From NCBI GenBank assembly GCA_031412095.1, contig JANOCI010000015.1, forward strand, positions 22,636 to 86,635: a stretch of 64,000 nucleotides of DNA. Direction: 5' to 3'. The translations under genes were made by a program, and so were the position numbers. The stretch's first letter is position 1. Each line of letters begins with the position of its first letter. Below are positions 56,374-64,000 of the stretch, piece after piece. The stretch is from Bosea sp. (in: a-proteobacteria) (GTDB lineage Bacteria > Pseudomonadota > Alphaproteobacteria > Rhizobiales > Beijerinckiaceae). The notes beneath the pieces are model-generated. The model worked only from the letters and a program-made list of their open reading frames with translations, was not told where the DNA came from and searched no databases.

Positions 56374-58431
56374 ATGATCAGGACGAAGCGGATTGTCGCG
56401 GTGTGTTCCTGCGAGGACACGATGCCGCTCGATCTTGTCGCCATCGGCAAGGGCTCTGGCGGGGCCGAGGTCAGGACGGCGCGTCATCTCTGCCGCAGCC
56501 AGATCGAGACCTTCAAGGCGATGCTGGGGCCGGAGACCCTGGACTTGACGGTCGCCTGCACGCAGGAGGCGCCGTTGTTCGCCGAAGTGGCGGAAGAGGC
56601 CGGCTTCGGGCGCGAGATCGCCTTCACCAACATCCGCGAGGCCGCTGGATGGTCGGACCAGGCCCGGGCGGCCGGCCCGAAGATGGCGGCGCTGCTGGCG
56701 GCCGGCGGCGAACCCATGGCGCCGACCAGGTTCACCACCCTGACGAGCGCGGGCGTGGCTCTGGTCTATGGCCGCGACGAGACCGCCATCGACATCGCGC
56801 GGCAACTGTCGGGCGGGCTCGACGTCACGGTCGTCCTCACCAGGCCAAGCGGCACGGCCCCGATCGACGTGGCTCCGATGCGGACGGCCGATTTCCCGAT
56901 CTTCAAAGGCACTGTCACGGCGGCGGCAGGCTGGCTCGGGGCGTTCGAGCTGACGGTCGACGACTTCGCCGCCGCGCTCGTGTCTTCGCGCGCCAGGCTC
57001 ATGTTCGGCGAGGCCCGCAACGGCGCGCGCTCGAACTGCGACATCGTCATCGACGTGACAGGCGCAGCGCCGCTCTTCGCGGGCGGGGACCTGCGCGCGG
57101 GCTACCTTCGGGCCGATCCGGCCAGCCCGGCCGCGGTCGCCGAACTGATCGCCAAGGCGTCAGGCCTCGTCGGCGAGTTCGACAAGCCGCAATATGTGAC
57201 GCTGACCGAGGGCCTGTGCGCCCATTCGCGCTCCAAGAAGATCGGCTGCACCCGCTGCCTGGAGCTGTGCCCTGCCGGGGCCATCACCCCGAACGGCGAT
57301 CATGTCGCCGTGTCCGCGGAGATCTGCGCGGGGTGCGGGGCCTGCGCCTCAGTCTGCCCGACGGGAGCGATCACGTACCAGCTGCCGCCGCAGGACGTGG
57401 TGATGCGTAAGCTCAGGACGCTGCTGCTGACCTACGCCGAGGCAGGCGGCCGGAACGCGGTCGTGCTGGTGCATGACGGCGACCATGGCGAGCCCCTGAT
57501 CGACGCGCTGGCGCGCTTCGGGCGCGGCCTTCCGGCGCATGTGCTGCCGCTGCGCGTCAACGAGATCACGCAGGCCGGGCTGGAGCTCAACGCCGCCGCG
57601 CTGGCCTACGGCGCTTCCGCCATCCGCTTCCTGGCCAAATCCAGGCCGAAGCACGACTTGTCGGGCCTTCAGCGCAACATCGACTACGCCAACAGGCTTG
57701 GCGCCGCGCTCGGCTTCGGCGAAGGCCGCGCCGGACTGGTCGAGACCGACGATCCTGACGCGCTGCGCACGGCCCTCGATGCGGTGCAGCCGGCGCATGC
57801 CGCGGCGTCGCCAGCGAAATTCAGGCCCATGGGCGAAGGACGGCCGCTCCTGAAGGCCACGATCGACGAACTCCGCCGCGCTGCGCCCTCGCCCGTCGCC
57901 AAGGTCGCGATGCCGGAGCGCGCGCCCTTCGGCGGGCTCGAGATCGACGCCCAGGGCTGCACGCTCTGCCTCGCCTGCGTGTCGGCCTGCCCAGTGCACG
58001 CGCTGCAGGACGACAAGGACGCGCCGAGGCTGAGCTTCCAGGAAGACCTCTGCGTCCAATGCGGGCTATGCGCGGCCATCTGCCCCGAAAAGGTCATCAG
58101 CCTCGTCCCGCAGATCGACTTCGAGGCCTGGAGCCAGCCGCCGCGCCTCATCAAGGAGGAGGAGCCGGCCGCCTGCATCGGCTGCGGCAAGGCCTTCGGC
58201 GTCAAATCCACCATCGAGCGGATCGTCGCCAAGCTCGAGAACAAGCACTGGATGTTCGCAGGCGACATGGCCAAGCGCACGTCGCTGATCCGGATGTGCG
58301 AGGATTGCCGGGTCGAGGTCGTCGTCAACGAAAGCTTCGACCCGCACGAGAACCGCCCGCGCCCTGCGCCGAGGACGACGGAGGATTATCTCAGGGAGCG
58401 GCGCGAGAGGGGCGAGGACCCGTTGGGGTGA
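56374..58431 (+). CDS. large (685 aa) multi-[4Fe-4S] ferredoxin-domain protein with unknown N-terminal domain
   Basis: ATG 56374 with GGAGG 6 nt upstream. CTRCLELCP, CAGCGACASVCP, CTLCLACVSACP, CVQCGLCAAICP motifs, a C-terminal CIGCG...CEDCR pair, and a Cys-containing N-terminal about 300 aa (VAVCSCEDT, HLCRSQ, VACTQEAPLF). Confidence 0.8.
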   Translation: MIRTKRIVAVCSCEDTMPLDLVAIGKGSGGAEVRTARHLCRSQIETFKAMLGPETLDLTVACTQEAPLFAEVAEEAGFGREIAFTNIREAAGWSDQARAAGPKMAALLAAGGEPMAPTRFTTLTSAGVALVYGRDETAIDIARQLSGGLDVTVVLTRPSGTAPIDVAPMRTADFPIFKGTVTAAAGWLGAFELTVDDFAAALVSSRARLMFGEARNGARSNCDIVIDVTGAAPLFAGGDLRAGYLRADPASPAAVAELIAKASGLVGEFDKPQYVTLTEGLCAHSRSKKIGCTRCLELCPAGAITPNGDHVAVSAEICAGCGACASVCPTGAITYQLPPQDVVMRKLRTLLLTYAEAGGRNAVVLVHDGDHGEPLIDALARFGRGLPAHVLPLRVNEITQAGLELNAAALAYGASAIRFLAKSRPKHDLSGLQRNIDYANRLGAALGFGEGRAGLVETDDPDALRTALDAVQPAHAAASPAKFRPMGEGRPLLKATIDELRRAAPSPVAKVAMPERAPFGGLEIDAQGCTLCLACVSACPVHALQDDKDAPRLSFQEDLCVQCGLCAAICPEKVISLVPQIDFEAWSQPPRLIKEEEPAACIGCGKAFGVKSTIERIVAKLENKHWMFAGDMAKRTSLIRMCEDCRVEVVVNESFDPHENRPRPAPRTTEDYLRERRERGEDPLG

Positions 58432-58451
58432 GAATTCATTTGTTTATGCAG

Positions 58452-59888
58452 CTACCGCGTCACCTTCTCCAGCCACTCCACCAGCGCCTTGCGGTCTTCC
58501 GCGCTCGTGATCGTCTGCTCGGGCATCTTGGTGCCGGGCGTCATGGCGTTGGGGCCGATCTCGAACAGGCGGGCGATGGTGTCCGGGGTCCAGACGATGT
58601 CCATGTCCTTCAGCGCCGGCGAGAAGTTATAGCCCGGCAGCGCGGCGATGCGGCGGCCCATGACGCCGTGCAGCGTCGGCCCGGCGCGGTTGCCGCCATC
58701 GTGTGTCAGCGTGTGGCAGGCTGCGCAGGCGCGGAACACCGCTGCGCCCCGCTCTCCGGCAAGGGGCAGGCCGGCGAGCGGATCGGCGGCCGCGCGCGTC
58801 ACGACAGGGCCGATATGCTCGCCGGTGAGGGCGTTCCAGCGCCTGACCAGCCGGTCCATGCCTCCTGAGAGCAGTTCGCGCCCATCGGCCGAGAACGCCA
58901 GCGACCAGACCGGCAGGCCGGGGCCGGCCAGCGCGGCGCGGACCTGCCGCGTCGCCCGGTCGATGACCGCCACCTGCCCGCGGATGCCGCCTGCCGCCAG
59001 CGCCGAGCCGTCGCGGCTGATGGCGAGCGCGATGAGCGGCGTCTCCGCGATGGCGATTTCGCTGATCTGTCCGCCGGCGCCGACCAGGCGGAGGACGCCG
59101 TCCGCTCCCGCCACGGCGACCTCGCCGTCAGGCGCGGCGACGACGGCGTTCAGCACGGCGGGCAGCGTGACGATGCGCGGGACGCCGCCGTTTGCGGGCC
59201 AGAACCTGAGCGTCGCGTCATAGCCGGAGGTGACGGCCATGCCGCCCGGCAGGAACGTCACGCCGTTGACCTGCCCCTGATGGCCGGCCAGCACCCTCGC
59301 CTCTCCGCCGCCCAGCGGCGTGACGCGCGCCGTGCCGTCCCACGAGGCCGAGGCGAGCAGCGCTCCATCCGCCGAGACGGACAGTCCCGAGATCGGGCCT
59401 GAGTGCCCGGCGATGACCTGATCCGGCTCGGCCTTGCCGGCCCGCCACAGCGCGATGCGTCCATCCTCGCCGCCGCTGGCGAAGCGCCCGTCCGGCAGGC
59501 TTGCCGCAGCGTTGACCGAGCCTTCATGGAAGCGCAGCACGGCGTCGGCTGCGCCGGCCTCCAGCCGCCACAGGATCACGGATTGGTCGAATGAGCCGGT
59601 GATGGCCATCCGTCCGTCCGCCGAGACCGCGACCGCGCGCACCGGCCCGCCATGGCCGCGAAGCTCCTGGGCGTGAGCTGCCGTGATGCTTGCGGTCACC
59701 ATCAGGGCGAGCGCAGCCAGACTTTCCAGAAACCTTGAGCCTCTCGAAGGTGTCGTCCCCGGCGGCCTGCAGGGTCGGGAAGGGTATCCGCTCTTGGCTG
59801 ATTGGCTCGGTGGAACCCCTTCCCTCGCTGTTGGCTCGCCGGGGATGACACCGATTGACGATCCGGAATTACGTTGCGGAGCCTTCAT
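58452..59888 (-). CDS. WD40 beta-propeller (7 blades) fused to a C-terminal mono-heme cytochrome c domain; N-terminus uncertain
   Basis: Seven GH..(P)V...SADG...G..D..(V/I).W-type repeats, then a CAACH heme-binding site with downstream ...GTKMPEQ... (Met ligand). Signal-like ALALMVTASITAAHAQ. ATG 59888 lies 1 nt after the argE-like stop. Confidence 0.8.
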   Translation of the reverse strand: MKAPQRNSGSSIGVIPGEPTAREGVPPSQSAKSGYPSRPCRPPGTTPSRGSRFLESLAALALMVTASITAAHAQELRGHGGPVRAVAVSADGRMAITGSFDQSVILWRLEAGAADAVLRFHEGSVNAAASLPDGRFASGGEDGRIALWRAGKAEPDQVIAGHSGPISGLSVSADGALLASASWDGTARVTPLGGGEARVLAGHQGQVNGVTFLPGGMAVTSGYDATLRFWPANGGVPRIVTLPAVLNAVVAAPDGEVAVAGADGVLRLVGAGGQISEIAIAETPLIALAISRDGSALAAGGIRGQVAVIDRATRQVRAALAGPGLPVWSLAFSADGRELLSGGMDRLVRRWNALTGEHIGPVVTRAAADPLAGLPLAGERGAAVFRACAACHTLTHDGGNRAGPTLHGVMGRRIAALPGYNFSPALKDMDIVWTPDTIARLFEIGPNAMTPGTKMPEQTITSAEDRKALVEWLEKVTR

Positions 59889-59889
59889 C

Positions 59890-61062
59890 TCAGTTCGCCA
59901 CGCACCAGTCGCCCAGCCGCCGCATGAAGGCCTCGCCATCGGCAAGGGCCTGCAAGGAGATGTGCTCATCTGGCTGATGGGCCTGGTTGATCGAGCCGGG
60001 CCCGCAGACCACGGTGGCCGCGCCGCCCTGCTGGAAATAGCCGGCTTCCGTGCCGTAGGGCACGGTGATGGTGCGGTTCCGGGATGAAAGCCGCATGGCG
60101 AGAACCTCCGCGGGCGAGCCGGGCATCGGCTTCAGGCCGGGCACCGACACGTTGTTGACGGTCTCGATCCCGACGCAGGGAAACCCGTTCGCGAATCGCG
60201 GCAGCACGACGGACTCGCCGAACTGCCTGAACCGTTCCGGAATCTCCGCGGGATCAAGATCCGGGAGCCCGCGGAACTCCCACTCGAACGTGCATGTCCG
60301 CGCCAGGATGTTGCGGGCGTTGCCGCCGTTCAGCCTGCCGACATGCACTGTGGTGCAGGCGGGATCGAAGCGGCCGGAGGCGTCGCCGCGCGCCGTCATC
60401 TCCTGGTCGATCCGGTCAAGCTCGGCGATCAGCAGCGCAGCCATCGTGATGGCGTTGGCCCCGAGGAACGGCTTCGAGGAATGTGCCTCGAAGCCGGTGA
60501 CGGCCGTGTTGAAGGTGACGACGCTCTTGTGCGCGTCGGCGATCTCGAGATCGGTCGGCTCCCCGACGATGACGGCAAGCGGCATCGGCATGTCCCTGCC
60601 GAAGCGCGCGATGCCGTCCGCCACCCCGAGGCAGGTCGTCTCCTCGTCATAGGACAGGAAGAGGTGGATCGGCGTCCTGAGGCCAAGGCCGAGGAAATGC
60701 GGGACGAGGCTCAGCGCCAGCGCCAGAAAGCCCTTCATGTCGACCGCGCCGCGCCCATAGGCCTTGCCGTCGGCGACGCGGAGCGTCCACGGGTCGGAGG
60801 TCCAGCTCTGGCCGGCGACGGGCACGACGTCGGTGTGGCCCGACAGGACGACGCCCGGCCTGTCGGCAGGGCCGATCGTGGCGAGGATGGCCGCCTTGTC
60901 GCCCTGGGCGTTGGGCAGGCGCACGAACGGCACGCCCCAGGCGGCCAGGTAAGCCTCGACGAAGGCGACGAGGGCCAGGTTCGAACGGTCGCTTTCGGTG
61001 TTGAAGGACACGAGACGCGCAAGCAGCTCAAGCGCGGAATGACGGGGGGCGGCGCTTGTCAT
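59890..61062 (-). CDS. argE: M20-family metallopeptidase, acetylornithine deacetylase (ArgE)-like
   Basis: 390 aa. LLARLVSFNTESD, LSGHTDVVP, GRGAVDMKG, ...DEE... metal-ligand pattern of ArgE/DapE/CPG2. Confidence 0.75.
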   Translation of the reverse strand: MTSAAPRHSALELLARLVSFNTESDRSNLALVAFVEAYLAAWGVPFVRLPNAQGDKAAILATIGPADRPGVVLSGHTDVVPVAGQSWTSDPWTLRVADGKAYGRGAVDMKGFLALALSLVPHFLGLGLRTPIHLFLSYDEETTCLGVADGIARFGRDMPMPLAVIVGEPTDLEIADAHKSVVTFNTAVTGFEAHSSKPFLGANAITMAALLIAELDRIDQEMTARGDASGRFDPACTTVHVGRLNGGNARNILARTCTFEWEFRGLPDLDPAEIPERFRQFGESVVLPRFANGFPCVGIETVNNVSVPGLKPMPGSPAEVLAMRLSSRNRTITVPYGTEAGYFQQGGAATVVCGPGSINQAHQPDEHISLQALADGEAFMRRLGDWCVAN

Positions 61063-61064
61063 GT

Positions 61065-61457
61065 TCAGTGCAGCACGATCTTGGCATACGGGCTCTGGAG
61101 CGGGAAGGCCGGGATCGCGGCCTCGAACGCATCGCCGTTTTCGGCGACCATCTGATAGGCGCCGACCATGCTGCCATGGGGCGTGTCAAGCGGGCAGCCG
61201 GAGGTGTACTTGAAACTTTCGCCCGAGCGCAGGACCGGCTGCTCGCCGACGACGCCAGGGCCCTTGACCTCATGGAGCTGGCCATGGGCGTCGGTGATGC
61301 GCCAGTAGCGCGAGATCAACTGCACGGTCACGTCCGCGCCGTTGACGATCTCGACCGTGTAAGCCCAGAAGAACCGGCTCTCGCGGGGCGAGGATTCGCT
61401 CTCCATGAAATGCGGCGTCACCGATACGTGAACGCCGCGCGTGTTGGCCTCATACAT
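61065..61457 (-). CDS. apaG: ApaG protein
   Basis: 130 aa. FFWAYTVEIVN...LISRYWRITDAHG...V.G.GVVGEQP.L..GESF.YTSG is the ApaG/DUF525 signature. Confidence 0.9.
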   Translation of the reverse strand: MYEANTRGVHVSVTPHFMESESSPRESRFFWAYTVEIVNGADVTVQLISRYWRITDAHGQLHEVKGPGVVGEQPVLRSGESFKYTSGCPLDTPHGSMVGAYQMVAENGDAFEAAIPAFPLQSPYAKIVLH

Positions 61458-61550
61458 GGCGTGCTGTCTCCTTGGCGCCGACTATGCCACAGCTCTCGCC
61501 GGCGCAACAGTTTGCGCGACGCGCCGGCGCCACAGGAATGACGACACGCC

Positions 61551-62159
61551 ATGTTCGACGGAATGCTGCGCCAGATCATCGACCCGCCTCTGCTGGCGGC
61601 AGGCCGTCAGCTGGCCGCGCGCGGGATAAGCGCAGACGCGGTGACGTTGATCGGGCTCGCGAGCGGCCTCGGCTGCGCCCTCGCCATCTGGCTGCGGCTG
61701 GACGCGCTCGCTCTTCTGCTGCTCGCGGGCGGGCGGATCTGCGACGGGCTGGACGGCGCGGTCGCCGCGGCGAACCGGCGCACGGATCGGGGCGGCTTCC
61801 TCGACATCGTCTGCGACTTCGCGTTCTACGGCGCCGTGCCGCTCGCCTTCGCCCTGCGCGATCCCGCGCTGAACGCCCTGCCGGCTTCGGTTCTGCTGTT
61901 CAGTTTCTATGTCAACGGCGCCACGTTCCTCGCCTATGCCGCCATCGCGGCCAGACGCGGGCTGGAAACCAGCACGCGGGGACACAAGACGATCTACTTC
62001 AGCGCCGGGCTGGCGGAAGGCTCGGAGACGATCGCAGCGTTCGTGCTGATGCTGCTCTGGCCGCAATGGTTCGCCGTGCTGGCTTATGGCTTCGCGATCC
62101 TCGTGGGGGTCACGGCGCTGAGCAGAGCGATAATCGCGTGGACAACCTTCAGGGATTGA
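61551..62159 (+). CDS. CDP-alcohol phosphatidyltransferase family protein
   Basis: 202 aa membrane protein with the DG(x)2AR...G(x)3D(x)3D-like motif (CDGLDGAVAAANRRTDRGGFLDIVCD). Confidence 0.8.
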   Translation: MFDGMLRQIIDPPLLAAGRQLAARGISADAVTLIGLASGLGCALAIWLRLDALALLLLAGGRICDGLDGAVAAANRRTDRGGFLDIVCDFAFYGAVPLAFALRDPALNALPASVLLFSFYVNGATFLAYAAIAARRGLETSTRGHKTIYFSAGLAEGSETIAAFVLMLLWPQWFAVLAYGFAILVGVTALSRAIIAWTTFRD

Positions 62160-62196
62160 CGTCGCGGACGGCCCTGCCCAGTTGCGTTCGAGCCTG

Positions 62197-63357
62197 ATGG
62201 CGGATCAAAGCAATCACATGTCCGACACGAGCAACCCCGACGCCAGCATCTTCGACGCCCGCGCGCCGTCGCCGCCGATCCTGCCCGGCATCCAATCGGA
62301 CGAGACCATCGCCGCGATGGTCGAGGCCGGGATGATCGCGATCGGCCAGCCGCTTGCGCCGGGGCAGGTCCAGCCCTCGAGCCTCGATCTCAGGCTGGGC
62401 AGGCGTGCATGGCGCGTCAGGGCGAGCTTCCTGCCGGGACGCGAACGCCTCCTGATGCAGCGTCTCGACCAGGTCGCGCTGCATGAGATCGACCTCACGG
62501 CGGGCGCGGTGCTGGAGACAGGCTGCGTCTACATCGCCGAACTGCTCGAGGGGCTGGCGCTGCCGAAAGGCCTGGCCGCGGCCGCCAACCCGAAAAGCTC
62601 GACCGGCCGGCTCGATGTCTTCACGCGCGTCATCACCGACCGGTCGCGCGAATTCGATCTGGTCGAGGATGGCTACCACGGGCCGCTCTACATCGAGATC
62701 AGCCCGCGCACCTTCCCCGTGCTGGCGCGCACAGGCTCCCGGCTGTCGCAGATCCGGTTCCGCTGCGGCGGCGCCCGGCTGAGCGACGCCGAATTGCTCG
62801 AGCTTCACCAGCGCGAGGTGCTGGTGGCGTCGCGCCAGCCGAACATCCAGGGCGGCGTCGCGGTCAGCGTCGACCTGTCGGGCTTCGACGGCATCATCGG
62901 CTACAGGGCCAAGCGCTTCACGGGGCTGATCGACGTGGACCGGGTCGGCGCGTTCAAGGTCGGCGATTTCTGGGAGCGGCTCGATTCCGACGGCACCGGC
63001 TCGCTGATCCTCGATCCGGGCCAGTTCTACATCCTCGCCTCGAAGGAGGCCGTGCATGTGCCCCCGGACTATGCCTGCGAGATGATGCCGTTCGACGCGC
63101 TCGTGGGCGAGTTTCGCGTGCATTATGCCGGCTTCTTCGATCCGGGCTTCGGCCATGCGGGCGCCGGCGGGTCAGGCGCGCGGGCCGTGCTCGAGGTGCG
63201 CTCGCGCGACGTGCCGTTCATCCTCGAAGACGGGCAGGTGGTGGGCCGGCTGGTCTATGAGCGCATGGCGAAGCGGCCGAAGGCGCTCTACGGCGCGGAC
63301 CTCAAGTCGAACTACCAGGGCCAGTCCCTGAAGCTCTCCAAGCATTTCAAGGCTTAA
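62197..63357 (+). CDS. dcd: 2'-deoxycytidine 5'-triphosphate deaminase, long alphaproteobacterial form
   Basis: QPSSLDLRLG, ANPKSSTGRLDVFTR, duplicated dUTPase-like fold of about 380 aa. In-frame starts at 62182, 62197 and 62218. Confidence 0.8.
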   Translation: MADQSNHMSDTSNPDASIFDARAPSPPILPGIQSDETIAAMVEAGMIAIGQPLAPGQVQPSSLDLRLGRRAWRVRASFLPGRERLLMQRLDQVALHEIDLTAGAVLETGCVYIAELLEGLALPKGLAAAANPKSSTGRLDVFTRVITDRSREFDLVEDGYHGPLYIEISPRTFPVLARTGSRLSQIRFRCGGARLSDAELLELHQREVLVASRQPNIQGGVAVSVDLSGFDGIIGYRAKRFTGLIDVDRVGAFKVGDFWERLDSDGTGSLILDPGQFYILASKEAVHVPPDYACEMMPFDALVGEFRVHYAGFFDPGFGHAGAGGSGARAVLEVRSRDVPFILEDGQVVGRLVYERMAKRPKALYGADLKSNYQGQSLKLSKHFKA

Positions 63358-63370
63358 GCCGACGCCCGCC

Positions 63371-64000
63371 TCAGAGCTCGCGCGGCGTCAGCGTCATCCA
63401 GCCTGACAGCGTCTGCCCCGGGGCCAGACGGGCCAACGGCGTGATGGCGCGTGCGACCGCATCGCCCGGCGCGCCGATGCCATGGCTTTGCGGCTCGAAG
63501 CAGACGAAGTCGGCATCAGGCGGCGACCACAGGACCGGGTGGCGGAACGTCCCGCTGGCCCCGACGCTGATGGCAAGGCCGCGCGACGGCGTGTCGAACA
63601 CCGCATCCCCGACCCAGTCGACATAGCTCAAGGCAAGTTCGCCGGCGAGGCCTCGCACCTTGCGGCCCATGCTGAACGGCCCGCCATCCGCGAACTCCGA
63701 CTTGCCCCTGGCGCGATAGCCCGGGCCGAGGTCGAGCGCGCCGAGGCTGGCCATCGTGAGGCAGGTGTCGGAAGTGCAATGCAGCCAGGGGTGAAAGCCA
63801 AGGCCGAACGGCAGGATGGCGGCGGCCCGGTTCGTGACGCTGAGGTCGAGGCGCACATGCCCGTCCAGCAGGGTGACGGCCTGCGCAGCGTCATAAGAGT
63901 AGGGATCGCCCGCGCCTGTGCGGCGATGCTCCATCACGAGATGGCCCGCTTCCTGCCCGGTGACGGTCCACGCCGAATGCCAGCCGAAGCCGTGGATGTT
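63371..64000 (-). CDS. aldose 1-epimerase family protein, 3' part (5' end outside window)
   Basis: Frame is open to the window edge. My translation of the edge gives NIHGFGWHSAWTV... followed by FGLGFHPW and CFEPQ, typical of galactose-mutarotase-like proteins. Confidence 0.75.
   Translation of the reverse strand, partial: NIHGFGWHSAWTVTGQEAGHLVMEHRRTGAGDPYSYDAAQAVTLLDGHVRLDLSVTNRAAAILPFGLGFHPWLHCTSDTCLTMASLGALDLGPGYRARGKSEFADGGPFSMGRKVRGLAGELALSYVDWVGDAVFDTPSRGLAISVGASGTFRHPVLWSPPDADFVCFEPQSHGIGAPGDAVARAITPLARLAPGQTLSGWMTLTPREL

Overview
High-GC chromosomal segment, alphaproteobacterial and Rhizobiales-like. This is suggested by the split F0 atp operon with duplicated b/b' subunits, a long-form Dcd, and ApaG. 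I support about 60 protein-coding genes, densely packed, many with 1-4 nt start/stop overlaps. I found no rRNA, tRNA, CRISPR array, transposase or integrase. The supplied ORF track renders TTG/GTG starts as M and contains many long antisense shadow ORFs typical of GC-rich DNA, so I re-derived several starts from the nucleotide sequence. Content in order: ispE tail, atpI-B-E-F2-F, smc, dsbA-like, DUF721, mutY, glyQ, two SDRs, a sharply AT-rich orphan membrane ORF, a large acyl-CoA dehydrogenase, tsaC/sua5, doxX + LysR regulator, acuI/yhdH, MFS, SleB-like hydrolase, DUF1289, ycgN, ppdK. Then a nine-gene translationally coupled catabolic operon (ALDH7/amaB-like, NMO, gcdH, GNAT, membrane protein, DapB-like, TraX-like, CoA-transferase, ThDP enzyme) with a divergent FAD oxidase + DinB. 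Then PfkB kinase + FAH, ugpB-A-(inserted secreted ORF)-E-C behind a triple Pho box, a HAL/MIO lyase, and moeA-mobB. Then a Cys-type periplasmic formate dehydrogenase (alpha, beta, gamma, small Tat protein, HTH-TorD chaperone), then argE-like, apaG, a CDP-alcohol transferase, dcd and an aldose epimerase. Most interesting: (1) a block of uncharacterised genes tightly coupled upstream of and next to the FDH genes (DUF3306, DUF3305, two unknowns, a degenerate BPL/LplA-like protein, a divergent ~685-aa poly-ferredoxin, a WD40-cytochrome c fusion); (2) the ~27% GC membrane ORF wedged into a ~70% GC operon; (3) the unusual catabolic operon.
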